Shown piece by piece: positions 17,664-29,868 of a stretch of 64,000 nt of DNA. Position 1 is the first letter of the stretch, and the number at the start of each line of letters is the position of its first letter. This DNA is from Syntrophorhabdaceae bacterium (GTDB lineage: Bacteria; Desulfobacterota; Syntrophorhabdia; Syntrophorhabdales; Syntrophorhabdaceae). Location of the stretch: positions 64,001 through 128,000 of the forward strand of contig CAXXUO010000002.1 of NCBI GenBank assembly GCA_963666485.2, given 5' to 3'. Both the position numbers and the translations under genes were made by a program. The notes below the pieces were generated by a model. It was not told the origin of the DNA and ran no database searches. It saw nothing but the letters and a program-made list of their open reading frames with translations.

Positions 17664-20600
17664 TCAACAGGCTTCGTCGTCCGGGGTTTTTCTGAACCTT
17701 CCATACCTCAATGCCAGGGTGGGCAGAATGAGAAGATTTAAAGTTGTCGACGTCGTCAGTCCTCCGAGAATGACGATTGCCATGGGCCCTTCTATCTCTC
17801 GTCCCGGGGCGCCGCTGCCTATGGCCAGCGGGAGGAGCCCAAGACCTGTCACGGTTGCGGTCATGAGGATTGGCGCTAAGCGTTCGGAGGCGCCCCGGAT
17901 GGCCGCGTCAATACCCCAATCCATGCCCTCGACCACTACAAGGTGCTCGTAGTGCGAGATCAACATTATTGAGTTTCTGAGGGTGATGCCGAAGAGGGTG
18001 ATGAACCCCACGAGAGGACCGAGAGACAGCATGCCGCCCATGGCGAATACGGTCAGGACGCCGCCGACCAGGGCGAAGGGCACATTTGCCAGGACAAGCA
18101 GGAGATTCCGGGAATTCATCATCACGATCGACAAAAGCAGGATTATCCCTAGCCCGGCCAAACCCGGAATGGACGACCAGATCACGGCGCGATCTGGCCT
18201 CGGCCGCTGCGGTGCCGCCGAAGTCGACGTAGCTTCCCGGCGGGAAGGCAACACTTGAAACGATGCGCCTTCGGGCTTCATCGACGAACTTGTCTGCGGG
18301 GACCCCGGAAACATCGCAGGTGATCGTTTGTACGCGACGCGCACCGTCGTGCAGGACCATGGACCGGCCGGACGTTTCGTACACAGACGCAAGCTGGCCG
18401 AGCGGAACGTAGGCACCCGATGGGCCGCGAAGAGGGAGGGCGGCAACTGCGTCAATTGCTCTGCCGCTCCCGCGGAGAAAGGATCACGGTCACGTCGAAG
18501 ACGCGGTTTCCGTCGTACACCTGGCCCGCCGTTGTCCCGCGAAACGCCGTCCCCATAGCGTCCATGACCGTCACCGGGTCGAACCCCCAGCGTGCCACGT
18601 CGTAAGGACGCAGTTCGATTGCGACCTGCGGGGCCCCCCCGGAGGGGACTGCATCTGAACGCCCCTTGCCCCGGGCGTGCCGGCAAGGATCCCGCGCCGC
18701 CTCGCCTGCCTGGCGGTCCAGCTGTTCCAGGTCATTTCCATAGATATTCATCACAACGTCAGCACGATAGCCCGAGAGTGTCTCCTCGATCCGCTCGGTG
18801 AGGAAGGTTTTCAGCGCGAAGTTCACGCCTGCGAATTGTCCGAGGGCCTTCTGGATGTCTGCCTGTGCCCGCTCGGATCTCCCCCTCGGTGAGGTTCGGC
18901 TTGAGATCGACCCTCGAATTCGCTGGAGTTCGTGCTGAAGACGTCGGCCTCGGCTTCGGCCCTTCCGACCCTTTGAGCAACGGACCTGATATTGGGGATG
19001 CCCTTGAGCGCGCTGGCTACCAACGTCCCGATGCGGAGCGATTCACCGAGCGAGGTCCCCGGGACGGCGGACACGTGAAGGATGAAGTGGCCTTCACTCA
19101 GTTCCGGCAGAAAACTTGGGCTGAAAAAAGGGGATCGCCGCCATGCTGAGCACAGTGATAACGACGCCGGCAAGAATGATCGCCCGCGGTGACCGGCCCA
19201 CCGTGAGAAGGAAGAGAACGGTACCTCTTCTTGAGAAAGCGTAATCAGGGGAGGGTCCTCGTCTTTGAGCCCGCCCCTTCCGAGGAAAATGAAGCAGAGT
19301 GGCGGCGTCACCGTGAGCGCGATGGCCAGTGAGGCAAGGATGGAAAGAATGTACGCGATGCCGAGGGGGGCGAAGATCCGTCCCGCGAGGCCCGACATGG
19401 TGAGGACCGGAACGAATACGAGCGCCACGATGAACGTGGCGTACACGACAGCGCTTCGCACCTCGATGGACGCATCGAAGACGACGCGGATCGCCGGCCG
19501 CGGGTGAGGATCTCTGCGGTTCTCCTGCAGGCGCCTGAAGATGTTCTCCACATCGATGACCGCATCGTCGACCACCTCACCGATGGCAATGGCAAGCCCG
19601 CCGAGGGTCATCGTGTTGAGCGTGAACCCGAGGCGCTCCATTACGGTCACCGCCATGAGAAAGGGATAGCGGGATGGCCGTGCACGAGATGGCGGCCGTG
19701 CGGAAATTGAAAAGGAAGAGGAAAAGCACGAGAACGACAAGGACCGCCCCGATGATCAAAGACGTACGGATGTTGGCAAGCGCGGTTTCGATGAAATTGG
19801 CGGGGCGAAAGAGGTCAGACCGGACCTCCACTCCTTGCGTTCCGAGGGTGGCCTTAAGTCCGCCAAGGGCCTTTTCGACGGCATCGGTCACCTCCCGGGT
19901 ATTTGCACCGTACTGGGCCTCGACCATGAGGATGACCCCCGGCTTACCATCGATTGCCGCTGCCACCAAAAGCGGGTGCGGGCGCTTCGGGCGACGTGTG
20001 CCAGTTGCCCCAGGGTCACGTTCACACCGTTCTGTTGCGCAACGACGGTAGCCGCGATCCTTTGTGGGGTAAGAGCCTGACCTTCCGCCTGCAGGACCCA
20101 GGCGCTGGTTGCCCGTATCTATGAAACCGGCACCGACAACGCCCGTGGCACGGCGGGCCGCGTTCAGAACGTCGTCCATGGCCACGGCATATTGCGTGAG
20201 GCTTTCCGTAGCGACCTGGACCTGGTATTGCTTCACATCCCCGCCGAAGACCGCAACATTGGCGACGCCCGGAACGGAGAGCAGGCGCAAACGCACTGTC
20301 CAGTCCGCGATGGTCCTGAGTTCCATCTGCGTTAACGTGCCTGACGTGAGGCCTACGGCCAGGACGGTGCTGGTTGAGGATGTAAGGGGCGTCATGACGG
20401 GGGGCTTTGACTCCCCGGGGCAATTGGCTGAGCACGCGGGTCAGGCGCTCGGCCACCACCTGCCTCGCCCGGTAGATGTCCGTCCCCATCCGGAAGGTCA
20501 TAGTTATCACAGAGAGTCCCTGGATGGAGCCGGAGCGAAGGGATTCTATCTCCGGCACCCCGTTGATGGTTGTTTCAACGGGCGTGGTGACAAGGAGTTC

Positions 20601-20786
20601 CACCTGCTCCGCCGAGAGGCCCCCGGCGCTTCCGTCTGGATCTGCACCATCGGTGGAGCAAACTCGGGGAATACATCGTATTTGGCGTGGGACAAGGTAT
20701 AAAGGCCATATCCGAGAAGCGCAAACGCGAGGGCGATGGACGATGCCCCGGCGGTGAAGGGAGAACCAAACGATACTATTGAGCAT
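17664..20786 (-). pseudogene. CusA/CzcA family RND permease broken by many frameshifts (decay or sequencing error)
   Basis: Fragments in different frames: YDVFPEFAPPMVQIQTEAPG, NTMTLGGLAIAIGEVVDDAVIDVEN, ERLAPILMTA. Confidence 0.8.
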
Positions 20787-21848
20787 GCCGGCCTCTCACT
20801 CGCCTTCCGTGTCCCACCTGGATCCGGGAGCGGAACATCTCCGATAAAAGCTGCTGTGCCCCCTTCACGACGACCTTCTCTCCCGGGGAAAACCCTTTTG
20901 CTGCGACCCACCCGTTATCGGCCGGCAAGTCGGTAGGGACAATACGCTGGACGAACTCCTCCGGCCCGGTTTGAATATAGGCCCACGCCCTGCCCTGCCA
21001 CCACACAGCGCTCGATTGGGGGATAAGAACACCGTTAACAGGCGGACCGGAAGGGAAGAAGGCAACGAGATTCATCCCGGGAATCAACCCCCGGGTATTC
21101 TCCGCTGCATACAGGTAGCCCGGCGCCTGTATGCGCGGATCGAGACGGGGAAGAGGGGACACCAACCGCGCAGTGATGTTCTTTCCCGGCAAAACCAAGT
21201 TTAACGGTCTGAGGCGCCGTTACCTCAACTCCTGCGGGGGGCGTCACCTGAATCAGGAGATCTTCTTGAGCGACGAGCTTGCGAAACCGGGAGGAATCGG
21301 CGATCAACCATCCTGCGACGACAGGACCCCATTGCTGGCGCACACCGCTCTCCACGAGCGTCAGGGAATTCCGTGCGGCGTTGACGGTTGCGCGATCGGA
21401 GCGTGCTGTTCCTTCCGCGGCCTCAAGTGCCTTGAGGGAGGCATTTCGGTCCTCTTTGTAAAGGGCCGACAACCGTTCGTATTCTGCATTGGACACGGCG
21501 AGAAGGTTTCGCGCTTTTTCGAACTGCGCCTTTGCAGTGACATAGTTTGTCCTCAGGGTGTTCAACTCCTGCATGGACAGCACGATGGCCGCACCGCGCA
21601 CCTCCTGCCTGCTCACCGCCACTTCCAATGCCGACACTGCAATCCCGTTCTTTGCCGCCTCTTCGGCGGGCATCCTTATCGTGATCACGCCGTGTGCCGT
21701 GCTTACCCTCGCCGTCGCCTTGACGGGACGTTCGCGCTCAGCCTCTGTCTTTAGTGCATGACGGCCGTGCAGAAAACCCCAGACGAGCGCCGCAACGGCG
21801 AGGGGCGACCACGATGACAAACAGTGTGCGTCTTGTTCTTGCGTTCAT
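20776..21848 (-). pseudogene. RND membrane fusion protein, frameshifted
   Basis: Coiled hairpin in 21035-21820; C-terminal part in 20776-21198 (GVLIPQSSAVWWQG...GEKVVVKGAQQLLSE). Confidence 0.7.
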
Positions 21849-23266
21849 TTAAGGCCGCTCCTTGAGCATGTCTGCGGCAGGCTGATCGGACGAAGGGAGC
21901 CCGCGAACCAGCCAGGTGGGTTCCAGGGGTTTCTGAACAGCATTTTCGAGGGCGCCAAGAGACGCCTGAGCACGGTCGAGCGCCGTCAATTGCGCCCGTG
22001 CCGCTACTACGGTCTGCAGGGCGCTACCTGTCAATGAAAGCCTGTCACTCTCACCGTGTTCGAAGGACCGCTTCGCGAGCACCTCTTTATCCCTGGCCAG
22101 TTTCAAGGCTTTTGAGGCTTCGGCGAGTTCGACCAGCGCCGACCGGTATCCGGCGAGAGCCCTTGCCGTTTCACCGATCACCTGTGCCTGGAGCGCGAGG
22201 AACCTCTCCTCGGCCTGTTTGCGCCCGGCCTCAGCCTCTGCGATCGGTCCCCGGTTGCGGCTGACAGGCAGCGTGAGAGAGACGCCGATGGTGTATTTGT
22301 TCGTTCCGGTGTCGAAGTTGTAGCCCGGCTGCCAGTCGATATTCGGGTACTGCTTCGCAATTTCCAACCTGTAAAAGTTGCCTCCGAGACTGCATACTCG
22401 GCAAGGGAACGCCTTATATCGAGCCGGTTGAGCACGGCAGCCCGCTCAACCTCCTCGAAGCCGGGGGCGACTGCAACAGGATGGTCGAATCCCGGCCAGG
22501 AGAGTTCAATGTTTTCAAAGGCCGTCACGGATACGCCGATAGCGGAGGCAAGATCGACCCTTGCCTGTGCAAGCCGACCCTCGGCCGTATGGATGGCAAG
22601 CCTCGCATTAGCGAGCTCGATGAGTGCGGTGTCGAGGTCGGGTCGCGGGATCTCACCGACATCGAAACGCCGTTGTACGAGCTCCGCCATTCGTGTCCGC
22701 AGCTCCTCTTCCGCGCGAAGCAGATCGACATTTCGTTTCGCTATGAGAAGGTTTGCAAGCGCGAGGCGGAGCCGGGCACGGACCTGCCACGCAACTTCCG
22801 CAAACTGGATCCGGGCCGCGTCGACTGACCTTTCGGCGACCTGAACACGCAGATCACGCTTGCCGGCCGTTTCCATGGGAATTGTCGGGACAATGGAAAG
22901 TATCCAGGGGTTTGGCGGGTTGTTGAATGCCCGGCCGACAGCGGCAGCAACGCGAGGATCAGGACGCTGTCCTGCGGTGATGACCCTTGCTTCGGCGAGC
23001 CTGACACCCGCTGCCGCGAGTGCGAGGTCCTGGTGATAGTAGAGCGAGGCGAGGGTGAGTATCGAAGGGTCCCACATGGCGGGTGGCCAGGATGGAAGGG
23101 CATGGCCCAAGTTTTGTTCCACGAAGACCCTCAAGCCGGGATTGTCCAGGGCTCGTTTCTCGAAACTCTTCGCCGTGTTCACGGGCGAAATCGGGTTGGG
23201 CCGGTAGACTGCACAACTCCAGATTGCCATTGCAATCAAGACAATTGCGAGACTGACCTTCATCAT
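21849..23266 (-). pseudogene. TolC/CusC family outer membrane factor, frameshifted near 22370
   Basis: Lipoprotein-like leader (WSC); two ORFs give the N- and C-terminal halves of an OEP protein. Confidence 0.75.
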
Positions 23267-23493
23267 AAGAGTATCTAATCATTCGCGGTAGTGGCTACAA
23301 GAGACGGCAGGCATTAAACAATATCCCTATAGACAGTGCCTCTCATCTGCATGGGCGCATCTTGCGTCTATTGAGGATCTTTTCGTTGTAATTGGGCCAA
23401 TGGCCCGATTAATTTTTGGTATATCCGGTCGTTCCGTATTGTGTATCGGGTACGGACACTTTAAAATTAGAAAAAGCAGAGAGGTGACGTATC

Positions 23494-23946
23494 ATGAAAA
23501 GATTTTTTGTAGTTTCAACAATAGTTTTGGCCGTCATTTTCTTATTTCTTTCCGGCCTGTCCTTTGCACAGGGGAAAAAGGGGGGAGGAGGCTGGGGTCC
23601 GGGAACGGCGTATAACAGGCTGTACGATCCGAACACCATGGAGAAATTGAAGGGGGAGATCGAAACAATAGAGCCGTTTACCCCCCGTAAAGGCATGAGC
23701 CAGGGAATTCACCTGGTCCTGAAGACTGACACGGGATCGATCCCCGTTCAGCTGGGACCATCCTGGTACATTGAAAAGCAGAACCTTACATTGACGGTTG
23801 GTGATAAGGTTGAAATAACCGGTTCGCGGGTCACTTTTGACGACAAACCCGCTATAATCGCTGCGGAGATCAAGAAAGGCGATAAGGTTTTAAAACTGAG
23901 AAATCAGGATGGTACACCGGTATGGAGCCGCCGGGGATCGAGATAA
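23494..23946 (+). CDS. Secreted small OB-fold-like protein
   Basis: GAGG RBS; signal peptide; VQLGPSWYI...GDKVEITGSRV...LRNQDGTPVW. Confidence 0.75.
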   Translation: MKRFFVVSTIVLAVIFLFLSGLSFAQGKKGGGGWGPGTAYNRLYDPNTMEKLKGEIETIEPFTPRKGMSQGIHLVLKTDTGSIPVQLGPSWYIEKQNLTLTVGDKVEITGSRVTFDDKPAIIAAEIKKGDKVLKLRNQDGTPVWSRRGSR

Positions 23947-23980
23947 ACCAGGCCGGAGTAACAGCCGAAATTGATCGATC

Positions 23981-25681
23981 CTATTTTTCCCGATGGAAAG
24001 GCCAGGCCATGAGGCCCCCTTCCATCACCTTCACATTCCTCCAGCCGTTCGCCTCCAGGACACGGGCAGCTTCGTACCCGCGGAGAGATATCTTGCAATA
24101 GCAGATTATCTCCGCGTCCCTATCCTGCGGAAGCTCGTTGAGCCTCTTACGAAGCATTCCGATAGGGATAAGTGTCTCGCCTATCCCAAGGCGCATCTGT
24201 TCGTACTCATCAGGGCCGCGTGCATCGAGAAAGAATGCCTTCTCCCTGTTGTCTATTTTTTTCTTCACATCCGCACACGAGATGCCTTTCATGAACCCGC
24301 GCATTTTATTCTGGATGATATGCGCAGAGGCTATGCCATGATCGATCGCCAATGAGAACGGAGGGGCATACGGGAGGTCAGCATTGATCATGTCATCGAT
24401 GGTCAGGGACCCCTTGATCGCCATTGCCCATTGAGCGATCTGCTTGCTGACGTCCCCAAGGCCAACGCATTGGGCGCCCAGCACACGTCCGGAGGACCTT
24501 TCGACGACGAGCTTCGACACGAGCATTTTCCCCTGCATGAAGCCGGGTTTATCGGGACTAGCATTTATCACGGTCTCGATATCCATGAATCCCGCGTCCC
24601 GCGCTGCCTTTTCCGAGAGCCCCGTCGATCCGGCCGTATAATCGAAGACCTTGCATATGCCCGTCTGGATCGTCCCCGGGAAACTGGCCCGGTTGCCTGC
24701 CGCTGCGTTTTCTCCCGCCACCCTGCCCTCGAGGTTGGCAAGATCACCGTAGGGCGCGAGGACCTTTTTCCCGGTGATAAGGTTCGTCACCTCGATGCAG
24801 TCGCCGACCGCGTATATATCGGGGTCAGATGTCTGCATGTAACGATCGACAGCGATACCGCCCGTCTCTCCGATCACTATTCCTGCATCCCGGGCAAGCA
24901 TGGTATTCGGGCTGACTCCTATCGCAACGACCGCCAATTCACAGGGAAGTTCGGTTCCGTTGCTGAGCTTGACCCCGGTGAGCCTGCCGTCCTCGCCGAG
25001 GAACGCGGCAAGTCCATTTTGTGTAATGACATTGGCATTTCTGCTCTTCACATGGTTCTCGACAAGCTTTGCCATCTCCCAGTCGAGAAACGTGAGGAGC
25101 TGGGGAAGAAGCTCGACGATCGTGATCTCGATCCCGGCGAGCTCGAGCGCCTCGCTCGTCTCCATGCCGATCAAGCCGCCGCCGATTATGACAGCCTTCC
25201 TGATCCTGCGTTCATCCCGCACACGCCTTAAAAAATCGGCATCCCGCATAGACTGAAGGGTCGTTATACCGGAGAGTTCGACTCCGGGAACCCGGGGATA
25301 CCGGGGAGAGGAACCTGTCGCCAGGATGAGCTTGTCGTAGCCGACCTCCTCGGTCTCTCCCGTGACGAGGTCCCGGCATGTTACCCGTTTTTCCTGCCTG
25401 TCTATATGGACCGCCTCGGTCTGGGTCTTCGCCACGATACCCTTCGCGCTTATGTAAAATTTCGGGTCCCGCGTCACGCCTGTCGGCGTGGCAAGAAGCA
25501 TGTTCCTGTCGTCGAAAACACCGCCGACATAATAGGGATACCCGCACGATGCCATGGAGAGGTCCGGGTCTTTCTGGATAATGACGATCTCCGCCTCTTC
25601 GTCCATTCTCCGTGCCCGCGCGGCAGCTTTGGGACCCGCGGCAGAACCGCCTATCACGACTATTTTTTTTCTGTCATTCAT
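23981..25681 (-). CDS. CoA-disulfide/persulfide reductase-rhodanese fusion (CoADR-RHD/Npsr-like)
   Basis: GGSAAG FAD site, SMASCGYPY, GGGLIG, YAPPFS, C-terminal rhodanese CKISLRG. Confidence 0.88.
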   Translation of the reverse strand: MNDRKKIVVIGGSAAGPKAAARARRMDEEAEIVIIQKDPDLSMASCGYPYYVGGVFDDRNMLLATPTGVTRDPKFYISAKGIVAKTQTEAVHIDRQEKRVTCRDLVTGETEEVGYDKLILATGSSPRYPRVPGVELSGITTLQSMRDADFLRRVRDERRIRKAVIIGGGLIGMETSEALELAGIEITIVELLPQLLTFLDWEMAKLVENHVKSRNANVITQNGLAAFLGEDGRLTGVKLSNGTELPCELAVVAIGVSPNTMLARDAGIVIGETGGIAVDRYMQTSDPDIYAVGDCIEVTNLITGKKVLAPYGDLANLEGRVAGENAAAGNRASFPGTIQTGICKVFDYTAGSTGLSEKAARDAGFMDIETVINASPDKPGFMQGKMLVSKLVVERSSGRVLGAQCVGLGDVSKQIAQWAMAIKGSLTIDDMINADLPYAPPFSLAIDHGIASAHIIQNKMRGFMKGISCADVKKKIDNREKAFFLDARGPDEYEQMRLGIGETLIPIGMLRKRLNELPQDRDAEIICYCKISLRGYEAARVLEANGWRNVKVMEGGLMAWPFHREK

Positions 25682-25755
25682 TTAATCTTTCCCCTTTTCA
25701 ACAGATTCCGCATGAAGCCTATATATGCATTGAACAGCGTTATATCAATGGTTAT

Positions 25756-26265
25756 CTATTCACGCCTGGCAGGTTTGGGTCTATTCTCTTTTCCGGCAAA
25801 CCATCCCTCGCCGGCGTCGGGGAACGAATCGAAACGGGGAACGTAGGGCCTTATATCGAGAAGCGGCGTATCATCTATAATATCAAGGCCCTTCACCTCG
25901 AGCCTGTTTGCCTCCCTCTTCATTAGCCGGACGATATTTATCCCAATATAGTTGGGCCGGGCGGGATGGCGGGATGCAAAAATGCCGTGGGGCAGATCAT
26001 CGAGCAACATCGGCCGCACCATCTCGACAGGTCCGGCCCTGTCCAGGAGATAGATAAGGTAAACGTGCGAGAACTTTTCAATGTCTTGCAGGCCCTCGGC
26101 ATATTCCGGGAACACCTCGACCCAACCTGTCATGTCGGGCCTGAATATGCCCTGGATGGGTGCCTCATCCTTCGTTTTATAGGGGGAATGGATGATGCCC
26201 AGCGGCACCAAGTTGCTTTTCATTACCATGTGCCCGTCCCTATGATCATAAAATATTATCCCCAT
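25756..26265 (-). CDS. tsaA: TsaA/TrmO family SAM-binding methyltransferase (start may be ~26223)
   Basis: GIIHSPY, GIFASRHPARPN.IG, GLDIIDDTPLLDIRPY. Confidence 0.85.
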   Translation of the reverse strand: MGIIFYDHRDGHMVMKSNLVPLGIIHSPYKTKDEAPIQGIFRPDMTGWVEVFPEYAEGLQDIEKFSHVYLIYLLDRAGPVEMVRPMLLDDLPHGIFASRHPARPNYIGINIVRLMKREANRLEVKGLDIIDDTPLLDIRPYVPRFDSFPDAGEGWFAGKENRPKPARRE

Positions 26266-26337
26266 TTCCCAGGCAGGTGCGCCGCATCTGATATTTTACG
26301 GCAATCACTATACGAAAAATTATGATGGAACTGTCTA

Positions 26338-26727
26338 TTATGCCTTTGGACCGGACATATACCGCGCCAAATGGTTCATTATGGCTTTTTTGAGGCCTGT
26401 CGCACCCAGATTCGAGCAATGAATCTTGTACTCGGGAAGCCCTCCCAATGCCTTGACGATATCCATATCATCAAGCATCATGGCTTCGTCGAGGTCCCTG
26501 CCGATCGCGAGTTCTGTCATGACACTCGCACAGGCGATCGAAGCAGGGCATCCCCGGATCTGATAGCGCGCTGCGACGATGACATTTTCTTCAACCTTAA
26601 TGAAGACCCGCAAGAAATCCCCGCAATTGGGGTCGCCAATTTCCCCAACCCCGTCGTGGTTGTTTATGATGCCCACATTGCGGGGATTCTCGAAATGGTC
26701 CATGACAATTTCAGTATATTCGTTCAT
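26338..26727 (-). CDS. iscU: IscU/NifU-type Fe-S scaffold
   Basis: DHFENPRNVG, CGD, GC, KIHCS. Confidence 0.85.
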   Translation of the reverse strand: MNEYTEIVMDHFENPRNVGIINNHDGVGEIGDPNCGDFLRVFIKVEENVIVAARYQIRGCPASIACASVMTELAIGRDLDEAMMLDDMDIVKALGGLPEYKIHCSNLGATGLKKAIMNHLARYMSGPKA

Positions 26728-26790
26728 AGTGAAAAACCTTTCCCGGAGCGGATGACACAATGCATCCGCTCCGCTGATGGACCTGGCGCA

Positions 26791-28062
26791 TTAATGATCA
26801 CATGTGTTGGCGCCGGTGACGAGTGTTCCTTGCAAATAATTCACAACAGCCTGGCGAGGGTCAACCTCCTGCGCCCCTGTTACAACCTTGACACCCTGTT
26901 CGGCAAAAAGCTGCTGGGCGCGGCTTCCCATTCCGCCGGCTATTATGAATTTGACGCCCTGCTGCGCTAGCCATGGCGGCAGGATACCCGGTTCATGGGG
27001 CGGGGGTGTTACGAATGTCTCGCCGACGATCGTGCCGTTCTCATCGGCATCGTACAGGGCAAAAGATTCACAATGTCCGAAGTGCATGCACAGCTTGCCT
27101 TCGTTTGTAGGTACTGCAAATTTCATGATATCTCCTTTCACGGGGATATCCCCCTGGCCCGCGCCACTGGAGGGTATGACAGAGCTTTCTCCATTCGATG
27201 GTTTTGTCGTGGGCCGGGGAATATCCGCAGTCTCCGACGGATACTTGGATATTATCTTATCCACTATCGCTTCAAAATGTTTTGCGGCATCCGTGTTTAT
27301 ATATGCAAGGACATAGGGTTCCCCGCTGTCGCCGCTTTTCACGATCTCCGGGTCGAGCGGTACGGAGCCCAGGAACGGGACGTTCATCCTGTCCGCTAAT
27401 TCCTTCCCTCCTCCTTTCGAGAAAATATCGACCTCCTTGCCGCAATGAGGGCAGATGAAACCGCTCATGTTCTCGACGATACCCGCAACCGGCAGTCCGA
27501 GCTGGCTGCAGAACGTCACGCACTTGGCGACGTCGATCGTCGCGACCTGCTGGGGAGTCGTCACGATAACGGCGCTTGCCCTTTCCTTGATAAGCTGTCC
27601 CACGGAAAGGGGTTCGTCGCCCGTCCCGGGAGGAGCGTCGATGACGAGATAATCCAGGTCCCCCCACATGACATACTGAAGAAATTGTTTGATCACGTTG
27701 TATTTCAGGGGTCCTCGCCATACTATGGGCTGATCGTCATGCTCGATGAGAAGCCCCATGGATACGACGTGCAGCTTGGGATACGCCTCGATCGGGATGA
27801 TCTCGTTGTCTTTTACGCCGACCTTGTGGCCGGCGATGCCCAGCATCTTCGGTATGCTCGGCCCGTGGATGTCGACATCGAGAAGCCCCACTCTCTGGCC
27901 CTGCGCAGCGAGGCTCAGCGCAAGGTTTACCGCGACCGTGCTCTTGCCCACCCCGCCCTTGCCCGACAGGACCATAAGCGTTCTTCCTATCCTGCTCAGA
28001 TTTTGCTGTAAGATCAGGTCGTCCATTTCATTGTCCGGTGCTGTGTGTCCACACTCTGCCAT
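26791..28062 (-). CDS. Mrp/ApbC Fe-S carrier ATPase fused to a NifB/NifX-like domain
   Basis: SGKGGVGKST, DAPPGTGDE, ENMSGFICPHC; C-terminal HFGHC...GGMG. Confidence 0.9.
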   Translation of the reverse strand: MAECGHTAPDNEMDDLILQQNLSRIGRTLMVLSGKGGVGKSTVAVNLALSLAAQGQRVGLLDVDIHGPSIPKMLGIAGHKVGVKDNEIIPIEAYPKLHVVSMGLLIEHDDQPIVWRGPLKYNVIKQFLQYVMWGDLDYLVIDAPPGTGDEPLSVGQLIKERASAVIVTTPQQVATIDVAKCVTFCSQLGLPVAGIVENMSGFICPHCGKEVDIFSKGGGKELADRMNVPFLGSVPLDPEIVKSGDSGEPYVLAYINTDAAKHFEAIVDKIISKYPSETADIPRPTTKPSNGESSVIPSSGAGQGDIPVKGDIMKFAVPTNEGKLCMHFGHCESFALYDADENGTIVGETFVTPPPHEPGILPPWLAQQGVKFIIAGGMGSRAQQLFAEQGVKVVTGAQEVDPRQAVVNYLQGTLVTGANTCDH

Positions 28063-28066
28063 ATCT

Positions 28067-28936
28067 TTACTCCTTGTAAAAAGATTTTATATGTTCCGCG
28101 ATCCCGCCGATCGCATGACTGGCGGGACTGTCGGGAGCATATTCTACAATGGCCTTGCCCTGGCGCTGGGCCTCCGAGATCTCCGTGTCATAGGGTATCT
28201 CGCCAAAGACCAATACTTTATTTTCCCTGCAATAATTTACGATTGTCCCGGTATGGTCCGGATTGATATCGCTCTTGTTTACGACGCATGCCGCGGGGAT
28301 CGTGAAATGCCGGGTAAGCTGCACGATCCTTTCCAGGTCGTGAATCCCGGATGCTGTCGGTTCGGTCACAATAACGGCAAGCGATGTTCCCGTTATGGAC
28401 GCTATGACAGGGCATCCTATACCCGGCGGGCCGTCGATGAGGATCCCTGACAGTCCCGCGCTGAGCGCTTTTTCTTTCGCCTCCGTCCTGACCATCGTGA
28501 CGAGTTTCCCGGAATTCTCCTCTCCGGGTAAAAGTTCTGCGTAGACAAAGGGTTCTCCGGTCGCCGTATCGCAAACATAGCAGTGCCCGGCGAGCGGCGT
28601 TGTAAATGTCACTGCGGATGCGGGGCAATAATAGTGACAGGCGCCGCACCCTTCACACGATACCGGATCGACAACATAGTCGTCAGAGATCGCACCGAAG
28701 CGGCACGCATCCCTGCAAATACCGCAGGTGGTGCACTTTTCGGGTAGTATCGCTGCTTTTTTCCCCGCAAAAAACTTTTTTTCCTCGAGAATGCGCGGGG
28801 ACACGACAAGGGAGAGGTTCGCGGCATCCACGTCACAGTCGACGAGGGCCTTGTTCTTCAGGAGATATGCAAGGGAGGCAACAACCGATGTCTTACCCGT
28901 TCCGCCTTTTCCGCTCACAATGACAACTTCTTTCAT
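28067..28936 (-). CDS. MinD-superfamily ATPase with inserted 4Fe-4S ferredoxin domain
   Basis: SGKGGTGKT, DCDVDAAN, two CxxCxxCxxxC motifs, DGPPGIGCP. Confidence 0.9.
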   Translation of the reverse strand: MKEVVIVSGKGGTGKTSVVASLAYLLKNKALVDCDVDAANLSLVVSPRILEEKKFFAGKKAAILPEKCTTCGICRDACRFGAISDDYVVDPVSCEGCGACHYYCPASAVTFTTPLAGHCYVCDTATGEPFVYAELLPGEENSGKLVTMVRTEAKEKALSAGLSGILIDGPPGIGCPVIASITGTSLAVIVTEPTASGIHDLERIVQLTRHFTIPAACVVNKSDINPDHTGTIVNYCRENKVLVFGEIPYDTEISEAQRQGKAIVEYAPDSPASHAIGGIAEHIKSFYKE

Positions 28937-29868
28937 GACCGGGCCTCCCGGACATTGACAGTGCGCGAAGAAAGAAGCGCTATTACTCCTTCCGCAAGGG
29001 ATTCATAAATATCCCTGTAGCGGGGTATAGATTCGAGGATGATGTCGCCGCGCGAGTAATGGCGGGCGATATCCGTATCTTCGGGGATGACCGCCAAAAC
29101 GGGAATATCGTTCGCCTCGAGATATGTGTTCAGGGGAATGTAGTCCCCGCTGTGCCTGTTGATGACGACCCCGATCGGAATATCGAGCCACCTTGCAACA
29201 TCTATCGCTATTATGAGGTCGTGCAGACCAAACGGCGTCGGCTCGGTCACCATGATGACGGCATCGGAACCATTGAGAGCGGCTACAACCGGGCATGATG
29301 TTCCCGGTGGAGCGTCCAGTATCTGGAGGTACACATCACGATGACGATCTTTGACTTTCTTGATAAGCGGCACGGCCATTGCTTCCCCGACATTCAATAC
29401 GCCGTGGACAAAGTCAATATTCCCGGCCGCAGTCCCTTCTTCAATAATGCCTATGTCGCGTTGCCCTTCCGTCATGGCGCCTGCCGGGCACAGTGACGTG
29501 CACAACCCACAGCCGTGGCACAAACCGGGAAATATCAGCGTATCTCCGGGCAGGTTAACGATGGCGTGAAATTCGCAGTGCGACCCGCATTCTCCACAAC
29601 TTGTACATCTGCTTTGGTCAACGACAGGCACCATAACCTTCGCGGCACCCGTTTTTCTGATCTGTGGTCTGAGAAAGATATGACCATTTGGCTCCTCGAC
29701 GTCACAATCGAGGTATTGTACATTTTGGCCGGCTTCGGCAAGAAACGCGGCAAGGTTCACGGCTACCGTCGTTTTCCCTGTACCGCCCTTGCCGCTGGCC
29801 AGCGTAATGGTCATACCGGAAACATCGATCATAACGCCCTCACCATTTTTGTCCCGCATTGTGGGCAT
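28933..29868 (-). CDS. MinD-superfamily ATPase with 4Fe-4S domain, partner subunit (true start likely ~29832)
   Basis: ASGKGGTGKT, DCDVEEPN, two CxxCxxCxxxC motifs, DAPPGTSCP. Confidence 0.88.
   Translation of the reverse strand: MPTMRDKNGEGVMIDVSGMTITLASGKGGTGKTTVAVNLAAFLAEAGQNVQYLDCDVEEPNGHIFLRPQIRKTGAAKVMVPVVDQSRCTSCGECGSHCEFHAIVNLPGDTLIFPGLCHGCGLCTSLCPAGAMTEGQRDIGIIEEGTAAGNIDFVHGVLNVGEAMAVPLIKKVKDRHRDVYLQILDAPPGTSCPVVAALNGSDAVIMVTEPTPFGLHDLIIAIDVARWLDIPIGVVINRHSGDYIPLNTYLEANDIPVLAVIPEDTDIARHYSRGDIILESIPRYRDIYESLAEGVIALLSSRTVNVREARS

Noticed and set aside
17664..23266. Programmed frameshifting or phase variation in the efflux genes
   Set aside because: Too many scattered indels and no single consistent slippery site; decay or sequencing error is simpler
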